DNA of 64,000 bases from IMG/VR virus record IMGVR_UViG_3300031673_000004, positions 64,485 through 128,484 of that record, one strand, 5' to 3'. The translations under genes were made by a program, and so were the position numbers. Positions 1 through 12,300 of this stretch are shown in pieces; within the stretch, counting starts at the first letter, position 1, and every line of letters starts with the position of its first letter. This DNA is from a virus. The notes under the pieces were generated by a model. That model had not been told where the DNA came from and did not search any database. It saw only the letters and a list, made by a program, of their open reading frames with translations.

Positions 1-2598
1 ATATTCAAGAAGGAGTTAATCAAACAAAATCTGATGGATTTTTATAAAAAATACACTTTGCCTACTCTAAAAATTCTGATGCGGATAGAGCGTAAAGGAA
101 TAAAAATAAATAGAAAAAAATTGAAAAAAATCATTAAAGAATATCAAGGAAAAGTAGTCATATCAGAAAAAGATATAAAAACTACCACAGAGGTTAAAAA
201 ATATCAAAAAATAAGATTTGCACATGTAAGCAAACAATTTAAGGAAAAATGGGAGAAGTCTAAAACATTAAGAAGCAGATCTTCACAGATTGAATATCTA
301 AAAGCTAGAGTTAAGAAGAAGGATTGGAAGTTCAATCCAAAATCCTCAAAGCAACTTCGAGAACTCCTTTTCGATATGCTAAAACTTCCTGTAACTAAAC
401 TAACAAAGACAAAACAGGCATGCACTGACGCATCCGTATTAACTATATTAGCAAATAGCAACCAAGTTGAGATTGCACAAAAAATTATAACGAATAGAAA
501 ACTTACAAAATTTTTATCCACATACCTAGTATCCGTGTATAACAAATCGAAGATTGATGGAAGAGTACATCCTAGTTACATGCAGCATCGGGCCGTAACC
601 GGAAGATTAAGTAGTGAGAACCCCAACTTCCAAAACATAAAACGGGACGCGATAGAATTTAAGAAATGCTTCTTAGCTGATCCTGGAATGGTCATTTTAC
701 GAGCAGATTTAGCACAGGCGGAATTTAGATGCTGGGCACATTACTCTAATGATCAAAAAATGATTCATGATATCGAATCTGGAATGGATATCCACCGTAA
801 GACAGCATCTGAGATATTCGGAGTACCAGAAGACGAAGTAACTAAAGAACAGCGGGAGGCTGCCAAGAATTGTGTTGCAGGAGACACATGGATACCGACT
901 ATAACTGGTTTTAGGAAAATAGCTACTATCAAGAAAGGTGATATCGTTTTAGATCATTACAATCGACCACAAAAAGTAAAGAAAACAATTAACAAAAAAG
1001 ATACTATGTATGTAATTAATACTGAATGTGGAAGTCTCAAATGTACAAAAGATCACCCATTTTATATACTTGATCAAAACGCAAATTTGATTACAAAAAC
1101 GTTAAGTACTCTTTCCACTGGGGATTACATACTATCATGCACACCTAAAAATCTGCAAAAAAAATATGTTACTTGGAAATATACAGGTGAAAAAAGAACA
1201 TCATTTAAACCTATTTTTAAGAAATGGAAATTAAATTCTAAATTAGGGTATTTAATTGGATTTATAATCGCGGAGGGTTCAATAAGCAGCAAACTAGGGC
1301 ATAAAAATGTCAGTTGGGTACAAAAAGGAAGATTTGTAGAGGTAATTGATAAGGTAAGTACCGAAATCTTTGGGGACAGGGTAAAAAGATATACAGATAA
1401 ACGCACTAGAGTAGTTACTTGGAAGGTAAGTTCCTTAGAGTTTGTTGAATTTCTGAAGTATGTAGGGATGTGTACTGATAATAAAAAGGGGTTTAAATCT
1501 TTTCCAGATAAAATGATGGAATCACCACCATGTGTACAAAAAGCATTTTTGCAGGGCTATTTTTTGGGGGATGGCACATTTAAAAATCATATAGCATGTG
1601 TTGGTACTGTCTCCAAAGAACTTCGAGATGGCGTATGCTTACTACTTCGTAGTTTTGGTATTTATCCAAAAGTATTTATAGAACATCCAAAAAAAGGATC
1701 TGATTTTTACAATATACATATTACCACACAGGAAGAATTAAAAATATTGATAAACACGATTAAAGTAAGCGTACCTAAAAACTGGACCTATCCAAAACAA
1801 AACAATGGTAGAAAGTTTCTGCATAACATTAATGACCTCTATAAACTAAGACATCCTGATGCTGACACTCGCTACAATATAAAAATACGGAAGCATCTTA
1901 CACATCTTTTCTTAAAAAAGCGTTGTCCTGGAGTAAATAAAACTGTAGATAAACTGATTGACCACGGGATCTACTCAGTACGAATAAATTCAATAAAAAA
2001 ACTCAAAAAAGATACCGTGTATGATTTTGTAACAACAGGTGATAAGACGATGATAGCTAATGGATTCTTTTCACTTGACTGTGTTTTTGGACTTATGTTT
2101 GGGCGTGGGACAAAATCTATATCAGAACAATACGGGATTTCTAGAGATGATGCAGATGCTATTAGAGATCTATTTTTCAAAACCTACCCCATGGCTGCAC
2201 TATGGCTGGATAAACAAGTTGCCTTTGTCCAAACCTACGGATTCGTAAAAACATGGTTGGGCCGAGTACGTAGACTACCAGAAATACACAGTGACGACCA
2301 TATGGTAAAAGCAGAAGCTGAGAGACAGACAAAGAACAGCCCGATCCAAGGACTAGCTTCAGATATGAATAATCACTTTATGGTTATGAATCTAAAGTTT
2401 GCTAAAAAGAAAAATATTTACTGTTATCCTATGGGTACAATCCATGATGCTAATTATATACAAGTAAGGGAATCAGATGTAGATAGGCTAATTGAAGTAA
2501 TGACCAAAGTAGTAAATAGCTCTTTTCCAGGTTTTAGGTGCAAAATGGCATTAGATTTTGAAGTGGGAAAGACTCTCGGAACATTGAAAGGGGTATAA
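1..2598 (+). CDS. polA: Family A DNA polymerase, C-terminal part (frame open to window edge), intein-containing
   Basis: Motifs TGRLSS-NPNFQNI, motif [10 protein letters not shown], motif [15 protein letters not shown] (split by intein), NSPIQG, motif C IHDA; no stop codon in frame between base 1 and the ATG at 34. Confidence 0.95.
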   Translation: MFKKELIKQNLMDFYKKYTLPTLKILMRIERKGIKINRKKLKKIIKEYQGKVVISEKDIKTTTEVKKYQKIRFAHVSKQFKEKWEKSKTLRSRSSQIEYLKARVKKKDWKFNPKSSKQLRELLFDMLKLPVTKLTKTKQACTDASVLTILANSNQVEIAQKIITNRKLTKFLSTYLVSVYNKSKIDGRVHPSYMQHRAVTGRLSSENPNFQNIKRDAIEFKKCFLADPGMVILRADLAQAEFRCWAHYSNDQKMIHDIESGMDIHRKTASEIFGVPEDEVTKEQREAAKNCVAGDTWIPTITGFRKIATIKKGDIVLDHYNRPQKVKKTINKKDTMYVINTECGSLKCTKDHPFYILDQNANLITKTLSTLSTGDYILSCTPKNLQKKYVTWKYTGEKRTSFKPIFKKWKLNSKLGYLIGFIIAEGSISSKLGHKNVSWVQKGRFVEVIDKVSTEIFGDRVKRYTDKRTRVVTWKVSSLEFVEFLKYVGMCTDNKKGFKSFPDKMMESPPCVQKAFLQGYFLGDGTFKNHIACVGTVSKELRDGVCLLLRSFGIYPKVFIEHPKKGSDFYNIHITTQEELKILINTIKVSVPKNWTYPKQNNGRKFLHNINDLYKLRHPDADTRYNIKIRKHLTHLFLKKRCPGVNKTVDKLIDHGIYSVRINSIKKLKKDTVYDFVTTGDKTMIANGFFSLDCVFGLMFGRGTKSISEQYGISRDDADAIRDLFFKTYPMAALWLDKQVAFVQTYGFVKTWLGRVRRLPEIHSDDHMVKAEAERQTKNSPIQGLASDMNNHFMVMNLKFAKKKNIYCYPMGTIHDANYIQVRESDVDRLIEVMTKVVNSSFPGFRCKMALDFEVGKTLGTLKGV
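871..2079 (+). mobile_element. Intein (403 aa) with LAGLIDADG endonuclease in PolA motif B; atypical C-terminus ...SLD/C
   Basis: Starts CVAGDT; block B CTKDHPF; LAGLIDADG-like LIGFIIAEG and [10 protein letters not shown]; block F VYDFVT; removing it restores [11 protein letters not shown]. Confidence 0.9.
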
Positions 2599-2600
2599 TT

Positions 2601-4703
2601 ATGGCAAAGCAAAAAAAGAAAGATAAAACTAAGGTTGACTCTGTAGATCAACTAATAGTAAACATCCAGAAAGAGTACGGAAGGACAGCTATACGCCGAA
2701 TGAACGATAAATCAATTATAAAGGTAGATACAATTTCTACTGGGTCCATACTGGTTGATGAAGCCTTGGGAATAGGGGGATTCCCCCGTGGAAGGCTCGT
2801 AGAGGTATTCGGACCTGAAGGATCTGGAAAAGCACAGCCACTAGATGCAAAAATCCTAACGCCTATTGGGTGGAAAACTATGGGCGACATTCGCCCAGGC
2901 GATCTTATAATTGCGGCAGATGGCAATTCGGCTGTTGTCAGCGTGACATTTCCACAAGGTAAAAAAGACATATTTGAAATAGTTTTTTCAGATGGAAGTA
3001 AAACTGAATGTTGTAAAGACCACCTATGGACGGTACAAACTTGGGAGGACAAACAAAACAATTTATGGAGAATTTTGCCGTTATGCGAAATAGTGAAGGA
3101 CTTCAAACTAAGCGACAGATTAAAGTATATGATTCCATTAGTAGATCCCGTAACGTTTAGTAAGCAGGAAAAAGAATTACCATTAGATCCATACATTTTA
3201 GGAATGCTCCTCGGTGACGGGAGTTTTTCGCAAGGAAGTACTATAAAATTTTCTACAGCGGATGCTGAACTGGTAACTTCATTACAAACATTTGCTAAAC
3301 AAACTAAATTGAAAGTAAAGAAAATAGGTAAGAGTAAATATGATTACACAATTAGTAAAATTAAAAGGGGCCATAATAAATCGTGGCTAACAAAAACACT
3401 AGAAAAGCTTGGGTTGCATGGGCTACGATCTCACGAAAAGTTTATCCCTATAGAATACTTATATGCGTCAATCCAAGATAGAATGGCGATACTCCAAGGA
3501 TTATTGGACACTGACGGGTCTATTAGTAACGGACACCGTATGGTAGAGTTTGTTACAACAAGTAGATTACTTGCTGAAGGTGTGCAACATTTGGTACAAA
3601 GTCTAGGGGGTAAAACGGGCATATCGACTAAACAGACACATTATACCTACGCAGGAAATACATTATCAGGAAAACCTGCATATAGAATGTCCATACTAGC
3701 ACCAAGAAACATAGCGTTATTTAGACTAACACGTAAATTACACAAATCTAAAATTTGTAAACAATTAGACTATCGAAGCAGGTGGATAGCAGGCATAAAT
3801 TACATTGGTAAAAAAGAAGCCAAATGTATTTATGTAGATCACCCAGACCACCTGTACGTAACTAACGACTTTATCGTTACGCACAACACCACGTTATCAC
3901 TGCATTGTATCGCAGAGGCGCAAAAATTAGGAGGAGAGGCACTATTTATAGACGCTGAACATGCGTTTGATCCGACTTTAGCTCAAAAGATCGGGGTAAA
4001 CCCTGAATTACTTTCGATCTGTCAGCCTGACTCTGGAGAGCAAGGCTTGGACGTTCTTGAGATGGGCGTAGCGTCTGGTAAACTGGCCATAGCAGTCGTA
4101 GATTCTGTCTCTGCACTCGTCCCACAGGCTGAGATAGATGGAGACATGGCTGCGCAACAGATGGGCCTCCAGGCGCGTCTAATGGGCAAGGCAATGCGCA
4201 AAATCAATGGTTTTGTCTCTAAAACCAACACTTTAGTTATATTTATCAATCAACTAAGACAAAAAATTGGGGTAGTATTCGGAAATCCTGAAACGACCAG
4301 TGGTGGAAATGCCCTCAAGTTCTATGCAAGTATCCGCATGGACATTCGTAGAATTGGATCCATCAAGGAAAAAGGCAAGAAAAAAGATAAAGATGAAAAA
4401 GCAGAGGTTAAAATTATAGGTAACAAAGTAAGAATAAAAATTATTAAGAACAAATTAGCTCCACCCTTCAAAACAATAGAAACAGATCTTATCTTTGGGC
4501 ATGGATTTAATAAAGAAGGAGAAATTCTTGATCTCGGGTATGATTTAGATGTCTTAGAAATGCAGGGAGCTTGGTATAATTATAAGGACGAAAGAATAGG
4601 ACAGGGTAAGCCCAATGCATGTAAAGTATTAAGAAAGACACCTAAGTTACTAAGGGCTATTGTAGCGGACATTCACAAGGCGCAAGCAGATGAAAATAGC
4701 TAA
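2601..4703 (+). CDS. recA: RecA recombinase, intein-containing
   Basis: [56 protein letters not shown]. Confidence 0.97.
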   Translation: MAKQKKKDKTKVDSVDQLIVNIQKEYGRTAIRRMNDKSIIKVDTISTGSILVDEALGIGGFPRGRLVEVFGPEGSGKAQPLDAKILTPIGWKTMGDIRPGDLIIAADGNSAVVSVTFPQGKKDIFEIVFSDGSKTECCKDHLWTVQTWEDKQNNLWRILPLCEIVKDFKLSDRLKYMIPLVDPVTFSKQEKELPLDPYILGMLLGDGSFSQGSTIKFSTADAELVTSLQTFAKQTKLKVKKIGKSKYDYTISKIKRGHNKSWLTKTLEKLGLHGLRSHEKFIPIEYLYASIQDRMAILQGLLDTDGSISNGHRMVEFVTTSRLLAEGVQHLVQSLGGKTGISTKQTHYTYAGNTLSGKPAYRMSILAPRNIALFRLTRKLHKSKICKQLDYRSRWIAGINYIGKKEAKCIYVDHPDHLYVTNDFIVTHNTTLSLHCIAEAQKLGGEALFIDAEHAFDPTLAQKIGVNPELLSICQPDSGEQGLDVLEMGVASGKLAIAVVDSVSALVPQAEIDGDMAAQQMGLQARLMGKAMRKINGFVSKTNTLVIFINQLRQKIGVVFGNPETTSGGNALKFYASIRMDIRRIGSIKEKGKKKDKDEKAEVKIIGNKVRIKIIKNKLAPPFKTIETDLIFGHGFNKEGEILDLGYDLDVLEMQGAWYNYKDERIGQGKPNACKVLRKTPKLLRAIVADIHKAQADENS
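2832..3887 (+). mobile_element. Class 3-type intein (352 aa, N-terminal Ala) with LAGLIDADG endonuclease in the RecA P-loop
   Basis: Starts AQPLDAK, ends IVTHN/T; W in DHLW, C in AKCIYV, T in VTHN (WCT triplet); LGMLLGDG and LQGLLDTDG. Confidence 0.9.
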
Positions 4704-4995
4704 ACATTATGATACAACGCTTTCACATAAGTTTCCTAATGGAGATATTGCCACAGTCCGGTTAGGAACACTCATAGAGGTGGATACTGTCCTAGACACC
4801 GCATCTGATTCTGATATTGATAAATTCAGTGCGAAGCTGTCAAAACGGACATATAAACTAACAATGAAGGATATTAAACGTTTCTCAAAAGAAGACCCTC
4901 TTGTGAAAGCAGTATGTGTTGGAGTGCAGGAGGGCATGCAAATTGTAGACACTGAAAAAGAGGCCATGCGCATCCTCGAAGAAAACGATGACTAA
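4690..4995 (+). CDS. Hypothetical protein
   Basis: 101-aa ORF overlapping both neighbours in the operon. Confidence 0.75.
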   Translation: MKIAKHYDTTLSHKFPNGDIATVRLGTLIEVDTVLDTASDSDIDKFSAKLSKRTYKLTMKDIKRFSKEDPLVKAVCVGVQEGMQIVDTEKEAMRILEENDD

Positions 4996-5560
4996 AAAAA
5001 TAAAAAAGAACTATGCAGCAACGGTTGTAACCGGGGATCTTGATGAATTGAACGAAAAGGATAAACTTTCCTTTTTGAAACAGGAGTATAAAGTAGCAAA
5101 GGACACAGTTATTGACTATGCCAGAGCAAAAGCAGAAATTCAAAAATACATTGTGCAATTACCGACACATCCAGATTATGTAGACCTTTCAGAAATAAAT
5201 ACATTATATGCACTTGCACAATCATATTCATCTAGAGTAACTGCTATCGAGGTACTCGCAATTGACAATCATGCCAGATGGAAACGTTTGGTAGATTTGT
5301 TGGAAGCATATATAGAAGATAAACGCAGTGAGTTACTAGTATCTGAAGAATTTGAGGACTACACAGTTCAAAAGGCAGAAGCTAAGGCGCATACCCTACT
5401 AAAGAAAGAGCACAAGACTCTACATGGACTGAAGAACAAGATGACAGAAGCTGAAAGTTTTTATCGTATGATTACGACTAAGAAAAAGGATTTAACCTCA
5501 GTCTTAACAACTCTTGGTAAGCAAGTGAAAGCATTGTCTCTCGAAAAATCAATCCAGTAA
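4988..5560 (+). CDS. Helical/coiled-coil protein, possibly a UvsY-like recombination mediator
   Basis: 190 aa, heptad-rich, between recA and the SSB-like gene; function inferred from context only. Confidence 0.5.
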   Translation: MTKKIKKNYAATVVTGDLDELNEKDKLSFLKQEYKVAKDTVIDYARAKAEIQKYIVQLPTHPDYVDLSEINTLYALAQSYSSRVTAIEVLAIDNHARWKRLVDLLEAYIEDKRSELLVSEEFEDYTVQKAEAKAHTLLKKEHKTLHGLKNKMTEAESFYRMITTKKKDLTSVLTTLGKQVKALSLEKSIQ

Positions 5561-5576
5561 ACAAGGAGAAAGAAAA

Positions 5577-6365
5577 ATGGCACTGAAGATAAAACGAACA
5601 GAGCAGGTGCACGTAGATGAGGGAGATTATAAAGCAATAGTTTCTGACATCAAAGAACAAAAAGGAAATTGGGGGAACTACTACATCTGGACTTTCATTG
5701 TTAAAGGGGCGACAGATGAAGGAGAGGAAATCGAGGGACCAGCTAAAGTAACAGGGATAACCTCAGAAATTTTTTCAAGTGGGTCTAAACTGTGCAAATG
5801 GGCTGGGGCAGCAGGGATCGATGTAGATGATGATGAGATCGATTTAGATGAGGCAAAAAAGGCTATAGTAAAAGTTTACATCGAGGATGAGGAAAGCTCA
5901 AAAGACGGAAGGATTTTCTCAAGGGTCACAAAAGTAAAGAAATTTAGAAAAGGAAAAAAGGTAGAGGAAGAGGAAGAGGAAGAGGAAGAGGAAGAAGAAG
6001 AAGAGAAACCAAAGAAAAAGAGTACAAAGAAAGCTACAAAGAAATCTAAGAAGAAAGCTGCGCCTGTAGAGGAAGAGGAAGAGGAAGAGGAAGAGGAAGA
6101 GGAAGAGGAAGAGAAACCAAAGAAAAAAGGTACAAGGAAAGCTCCGAAAAAGGGGGCAAAGAAGGCTAAGCCTGTAGAGGAAGAGGAAGAGGAAGAGGAA
6201 GAGGAAGAGGAAGAGGAAGAGGAAGAGGAAGAAGAAGAGAAACCAAAGAAAAAGAGTACAAAAAAAACTAAGAAGAAAAAAGAGACGGAAGACGAAGAAG
6301 AAGGGGAAGAAGGGGAAGAAGAGGAAGAAGACGAGGCACTTTTCAACTTTGAAGACGATGATTGA
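5577..6365 (+). CDS. SSB-like (DUF669-type OB fold) protein with alternating poly-Glu / Lys-rich tail
   Basis: N-terminal EGDYKAIVSDI..YYIWTFIV beta pattern; acidic-aromatic end LFNFEDDD; AAGGAG RBS; replication operon context. Confidence 0.6.
   Translation: MALKIKRTEQVHVDEGDYKAIVSDIKEQKGNWGNYYIWTFIVKGATDEGEEIEGPAKVTGITSEIFSSGSKLCKWAGAAGIDVDDDEIDLDEAKKAIVKVYIEDEESSKDGRIFSRVTKVKKFRKGKKVEEEEEEEEEEEEEEKPKKKSTKKATKKSKKKAAPVEEEEEEEEEEEEEEEKPKKKGTRKAPKKGAKKAKPVEEEEEEEEEEEEEEEEEEEEEKPKKKSTKKTKKKKETEDEEEGEEGEEEEEDEALFNFEDDD
5964..6333 (+). repeat. (GAGGAA)n microsatellite blocks encoding poly-Glu, in three repeated E-run/KPKKK units plus a terminal acidic run
   Basis: Directly visible tandem GAGGAA runs. 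Confidence 0.95.
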
Positions 6366-7429
6366 TGGTAGGGATTTTACATACGGCAGATCTGCACAGG
6401 GGTGCGCATTCTGCGCACCCCATTTATAATACTCGGGTTATCCCCGAGTTAGTGAATTTAGCTATAAGAAAACAGTGCGAGTACATACTTGTCGTCGGTG
6501 ATATTTTCGATAAAGCTAAGCCAGACCAAACAGTAAAAGATTATTTAGTTAGACAGCTACTGGATGCAAAACAACAAATCAACTTTATTTTTGTACCTGG
6601 AAACCATGACTACACGACTAAAGCATTGGAGTATCATTCACTAAACTATCTATTATATCTGCGAGAGGCCAGTAACTACAAAGTAAATATACAGGTAGTA
6701 GAACCTGGAGAGTATAGCACATTCAAAAATCTAAGCGTTTTTGTTATGCAGGAATGGGGAAATGTAGACATAGCTGCAAAGGAAAATAATGGAACTAAGC
6801 CACTGATAATTGCATGGCATGGGCTCGTGCCTGGGTTACAATTTTCAAATATTGTGCATGTCCCCAAGGAAACAACTAACTCTATAAAAAAAATTTTATC
6901 AAGCACGAATGCACAATACATTGCATTGGGAGATATTCATCAGCCCATAGAACTACACCAACGCTGCTGGTACCCAGGTCCACCTGTTCAAAAGGCATAT
7001 TCAGACAAAGACGGTGTATTATTGGTTACAATGAACATGCAAAAAATCACGGTAAAAAAGTACCAACTTCCACTACCAAAAAAAATTACATTAGAAGTTG
7101 CATTTGAAGAAGGGGTTGATTCTGAAGAGACTATTATAGAATTTATAACAAACAAAGTTCCTGCCAATAATTTTCTGAAGTTGAAGTTTGAGTTACCACT
7201 AAAAGTGTGGGGGGCGCTTAACCGAAGTTACATCCAAGAGACACTAAAGGATCATTGTTTAGAAATAAAATTGGAGAATGATCCTATTCCAGATGCTCAC
7301 ATTCGTAAATCTATAGAAAAAGTTTCAAAAGCAAAATCGCTTCAACAAGAGATAGATATAGTTTTAGACGAAGAAAACTATGGACTAGATAAAGATAAAC
7401 TTAGAAAAACATGTAGAAAATATCTATGA
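6362..7429 (+). CDS. sbcD: SbcD/Mre11/gp47-like metallophosphoesterase nuclease
   Basis: HTADLH, VGDIFD, PGNHD, ALGDIH motifs. Confidence 0.9.
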   Translation: MMVGILHTADLHRGAHSAHPIYNTRVIPELVNLAIRKQCEYILVVGDIFDKAKPDQTVKDYLVRQLLDAKQQINFIFVPGNHDYTTKALEYHSLNYLLYLREASNYKVNIQVVEPGEYSTFKNLSVFVMQEWGNVDIAAKENNGTKPLIIAWHGLVPGLQFSNIVHVPKETTNSIKKILSSTNAQYIALGDIHQPIELHQRCWYPGPPVQKAYSDKDGVLLVTMNMQKITVKKYQLPLPKKITLEVAFEEGVDSEETIIEFITNKVPANNFLKLKFELPLKVWGALNRSYIQETLKDHCLEIKLENDPIPDAHIRKSIEKVSKAKSLQQEIDIVLDEENYGLDKDKLRKTCRKYL

Positions 7430-9372
7430 TAGAATTACAAAAATTAACGTTAGACGGATGGCTGAGTTACGATAAGGCAACTTTCAAACTCAACAATCCA
7501 GGTATAACTAGAATCCATGGAGAGATCGGATCAGGAAAATCAGCTATATTAGAGGCCATATTTTACCTATTATTCGGAAAAACACTCAGGGGTAAGGAAA
7601 GCGTAGATAATCTCGTAAATAAAATTTTGCAGCAGGGCTACGATATAGCGCTATGGTATACACTAGACACTATCCCATATGCAGTACGTGAGATACGGGG
7701 ACGAGCGAACCACGGGTTATACTTCTACAAATATAGTAAAGATTTACGCGGAAAGTCTGATCCGGAGACACGAAAAATAATTCTAGAGACTTTGGGAATG
7801 AGTGCTGACGACTTTAGATCGATTGCATTTTTGGGGCAACGACAAACACAGCTTCTAGTAGAAGGTAAGCCTGCAGAACGGGCACATGCTATTATAGATA
7901 TATTTTCTTTAAATAAATATGATGAACTTATTACGGGTTGTGATGTAGATCTAAAAGAGGCTGTACAGGAAAAGAAAAATTTAGCAGCAGATTCTGAACG
8001 ATATGCACAGGAACTGGAGAATCTAGAGAATTCCCTACTAGATGATGTCACCTTGGAGGATGTCGATCCAAGAGATTTACCCATACTAGAAGATAAAATT
8101 GATACTGTGGTCAAAAAAATATCTAAAATTAGACGTATGGCAGAGCAAGTCCAGAATATAATAACCAAAGTAAGTATGCTAGACGAACAACGGCAACATG
8201 CCCGTAAGCTGTCTATTGAAATAAAGAAATTAAAAGAGGAACGTGCTAGATACAACAAACCAGATTCAGATATTACCGAAATAGAAGATGCACTAGACGA
8301 GCTACAACAAGAATATGCAAGTATAAAACACAAGCTTACGCATGCCACGAATGAAATAAAAAATGCTAAGGCTATGACAAACTTGTGCCCCATTAATGCA
8401 GAACGATGCCCAGTTAATGTTCCTTTGGAAAATAAGGAAGCGGTAATAAAAAAGTTTACCAGTCATGCAAAAAAGGCGCAGGAAGAAGGGCAGATCATTG
8501 ATAAGGAAATAAGCAAAGCTAAAAGGACTATCCAACTTATAAAAACATGTGAAACGATAGAAGCAGCTATAGAGGAAAAGAAAGATTCTATAAGACAAGC
8601 TCAGAATGTAGAATTGGAGAAAATAAATATCAACGATGAGAAGAATAAATTCCAGAAATATAAAGATACTATCGACCATGGCAACAAAAAGCTAAACGAG
8701 TTAATGAATGCACGCACTGAGTTAAAAACCACATTAGCTGTTACCCAGGAGAGGCGATCAATACAAGAAAAGATAAATGTAGCCTTAGCTGAAAAAGAGA
8801 AAGCAGTAATAGATCTAAAAACTCAAGTAAATGCGAAGAGTGTTGAAGCACAGTACCTTGCTGGTGCATTGTCTATTTTCAAGAAAATGAAGATGTACAA
8901 AATTGACTTAGTTCTGCAATTACTCAACGTACATCTTAAAGATGTGCTCGAAAAAATCTCCAATGAGGAGTACAAGGCTGAGTTCGTCTCTCAACGTACC
9001 GGATCTAACAAAAAGAAAAAATTAGATAAAATAGGTATTTTAGTCTATGATAGCTATAAAGTAATACCGATTGAACTTTGTTCTGAGGGGCAAGCCACAG
9101 AAGTGGGTTTAGCAGTATTATTAAGTACATGGAAGACCGCAAACTCTATATCGCAGAAAGGCGTGTCCTCGTTGTGGTTGGATGAAGTCTTCGGGCCATT
9201 AAACGAGGAAATTATACATAGAATATTTGATACAGTCATTGAAATCGCTAAGGAACTGGGTGCAACTTCAATAAAGGTAATATCTCATAGAGATCTAGAT
9301 TCTCGTTTATTTGACTACTTTTGGGATTTGAAAAGAATAGATGGAATAACCACTGTTAGGAGTACTACATGA
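7426..9372 (+). CDS. sbcC: SbcC/Rad50/gp46-like ABC ATPase
   Basis: Walker A GEIGSGKS, long coiled coil, central CPINAERCP, signature-like CSEGQ, Walker B LWLDEVFG, ISH. Confidence 0.9.
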   Translation: MIELQKLTLDGWLSYDKATFKLNNPGITRIHGEIGSGKSAILEAIFYLLFGKTLRGKESVDNLVNKILQQGYDIALWYTLDTIPYAVREIRGRANHGLYFYKYSKDLRGKSDPETRKIILETLGMSADDFRSIAFLGQRQTQLLVEGKPAERAHAIIDIFSLNKYDELITGCDVDLKEAVQEKKNLAADSERYAQELENLENSLLDDVTLEDVDPRDLPILEDKIDTVVKKISKIRRMAEQVQNIITKVSMLDEQRQHARKLSIEIKKLKEERARYNKPDSDITEIEDALDELQQEYASIKHKLTHATNEIKNAKAMTNLCPINAERCPVNVPLENKEAVIKKFTSHAKKAQEEGQIIDKEISKAKRTIQLIKTCETIEAAIEEKKDSIRQAQNVELEKININDEKNKFQKYKDTIDHGNKKLNELMNARTELKTTLAVTQERRSIQEKINVALAEKEKAVIDLKTQVNAKSVEAQYLAGALSIFKKMKMYKIDLVLQLLNVHLKDVLEKISNEEYKAEFVSQRTGSNKKKKLDKIGILVYDSYKVIPIELCSEGQATEVGLAVLLSTWKTANSISQKGVSSLWLDEVFGPLNEEIIHRIFDTVIEIAKELGATSIKVISHRDLDSRLFDYFWDLKRIDGITTVRSTT

Positions 9373-12300
9373 CAATCCTAAATGAATTGGCTCAACAAAT
9401 ATTAGCAGCAAAATATTACACGGACGAAGAAACTACCCCAGAACAACTATTCATGAGAGTCGCAAAAGTTGCGGCCATTCCTGACGTTATAGATCGCTTT
9501 GTACAAAAAGATGGCACAATTGCGAGTAATTTGGGTGATTATTTTAAACCATATACAGATATATTTAACCGGGTTATTGCACGCAGAGGATATACCATTG
9601 ATGCAGCCCTAGGAGCAAAAGAAATTGCAAGCGAGTATTGGGGAGAGGAAACCAAAAAATATTATGATGCTATGTGTAATTTGGAGTTTATGCCAGCAAC
9701 ACCAACTCTAATAAATGCAGGACGATCCATTGGAATGCTTTCCAGTTGTTTCTTTTTGCGGGTTCCAGATTCACTGGAAGGGATCATGGAGACAAATAAG
9801 CAGACCGCTATAATTGCAAAAATGGGAGGTGGAGTTGGGTTAGATATCTCTGAGCTACGTCCTAAAGGCTCTCCAGTAGGTACAACTTCAAAAGGAGTAT
9901 CGAGCGGGCCAGTTAGTTTTTTACGCATATTCAATGAGACGGGAATGCAGGTCCAACAAGGCGGAGTACGGCGTGCCGCAATGATTGCAGTCATGGTTAT
10001 TAATCACCCAGATATACTTGAATTTATAAAATGTAAAGAGGAAGAGGGGGTTCTATCAAATTTCAACATATCGGTATTAATTCCCGATACCTTTATGGAA
10101 GCAATCGAGGTACATCCCGAAAATATTTGGATTTGTGAATGGAAAAATACACAATATATAATAAATAAAGAAACAGATATTCCTGAGTTATATGATGCTA
10201 ACCAGCCTATCGATATTGAAGAATACTATCGTGTTAAAGATATTTGGGAAATCATTGTAGATAAGGCATGGCATAATGGGGAGCCTGGAATTGTCTTTTG
10301 GGATGAAGTTAATCGTAAAGATATATTCAAAGGGAAGTTCGGTAAATTAGGGTTAAATCCGTGTGTACCAAAAGACACTTGGATTATGACCCTTAAGGGG
10401 CCAAGACAAGTAGCTGATTTACTTACTAAGGATTTTTCTGCAGCGATAGATGGTGAAAATTTTCCTGCTAGAAAATTCATTAAAACAGGGAGTAAACAGT
10501 TAGTAAGAATAACCACAAAAGAGGGATTTCAAGTAAAAACTACATTAAATCACTTGTTTAGAAAAGTAATCGGAAAAAGACATGTCAGAGATCCTAATAA
10601 TTACAACGGAACACGATTAACAGACTACTATGAGGACTGGGTTCCTGCAGGAGAGTTAAACCCAGGTGATACAGTCCGCATGCATCATCATAAAAATCTT
10701 CCCGTATGGAAAGGCCCTGGCACGTATTCTGACGGTTATTTATTAGGATTACTAATTGGTGATGGCTACTTAACAAAAACCAATGTAGGAAAAATAGAAA
10801 TATGGGATGATGCAGGATCACAAGAAATGATAGACAAAGTATTAGAATTTGTAAAAACACTGCATAAGCGATCTGATTTCAAGGGATTTAATTATGCAGA
10901 AAAAACAAAAAAGCATACGTTAACATTAGCTGCACTACATAAGCTAGCTAAGCATTATGGTGCTGTACAGGGAAATAAGCATCTTACTGAAAAAATTGAA
11001 AAGACATCATATGCTTTTCACGTTGGTTTCCTGCGAGGATTTTTTGATGCAGATGGATCTGTGCAGGGAACACAGGAAAAGGGTGTATCAGTAAGAGTAG
11101 GGCAAAGTTCAATAGATGATTTACGTATAGTGCAGCGCATGCTCCTACGGATTGGTATCTATTCAAAAATTTATAAACGACGAGAGGCAGGTATTCACTA
11201 CTTACCCGACTCAAACAGGAACTTGGCACCCTACCCGGTAAAAGCCTCTTTTGAATTAATTATTAGTGGAGAAGGCTTAGAAATATTTCTTAATAAAATA
11301 TCATTCTACCATACGCAAAAAAGAGAACTATTGACTAATAAGGTATGCAATTATAAACGCAATATTAATAAAATGAAGTTTATTGCCACAGTTGAACATA
11401 TTGAATTACTTCCAGCAGAGAACGTGTACGATACAACAGTACCGCTCATCCATGCGTTTGATGGCAATGGGTTTTACCTACACAATTGCAGTGAACAATT
11501 TCTTGTAGAAAAAGATTCTTGTTCATTGGCAGCTATCAATCTTGGCGTATGCTGGTACTATTCAGAAAGAGATAAACGAGTTCGTGTTGATTATGACAGA
11601 TTAGAAGCTCTTATTAAATTGGGAGTTCAATTTTTAGATAACACCTTGGACATAAATTCTTTTCCACTACCGGAGATTGAAGAGCAGACGTTAAAGATAC
11701 GCCGCATTGGGCTAGGCACCATGGGGCTGCATGATCTCATGCTACGCAAGGAAATAAGGTATGGATCTAAAGAAAGTTTAAGTTTAATTGACAATATTTA
11801 TTCTTTTATAGAAAAAACTGCGCGAAATACATCTACCCAATTAGGATCAATTCGAGGAGTTCCTGATGCGCTAAAAGAATTTAATGTAAGGAACGCAGGA
11901 TTATTAACAGTGCAACCAACGGGAACAGTTTCTATAATATGTAATCAAACGTCCCCAGGAATTGAACCTGTATTTCAGTGGAGTTTTACCCGAAAAGATA
12001 GTTATGGAACACATCAAATGAAACACTTTATACTGGAAAAATTTCCAAATGAATTACCTAGTTATGCAGTTACAGCGTTGGATATCCCCCCTAGAGAACA
12101 TGTACTAGTTCAAGCCCAGATCCAAAAATATATAGACAGTGGGATCTCCAAGTGCCTAGCTAAAGGTACGTTAATACCAACTAACAAGGGAATTATACCA
12201 ATTGAAAATCTGGGTATAAATAATATTCCAAGGACTTTCGGAAAACCATTAAAGGATTTAGAAGTATTTAGCGAGGATAAAAATTGGCACAAAGTTAACT

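Noticed and set aside
2080-2103. PolA motif B Tyr766->Phe and motif C HDA as a sign of modified-base replication
   Set aside because: Such conservative variants occur in phage PolA enzymes, and no base-modification pathway is visible in the window.
5876-6346. Minus-strand poly-Ser ORF
   Set aside because: Antisense shadow of the GAGGAA repeat.
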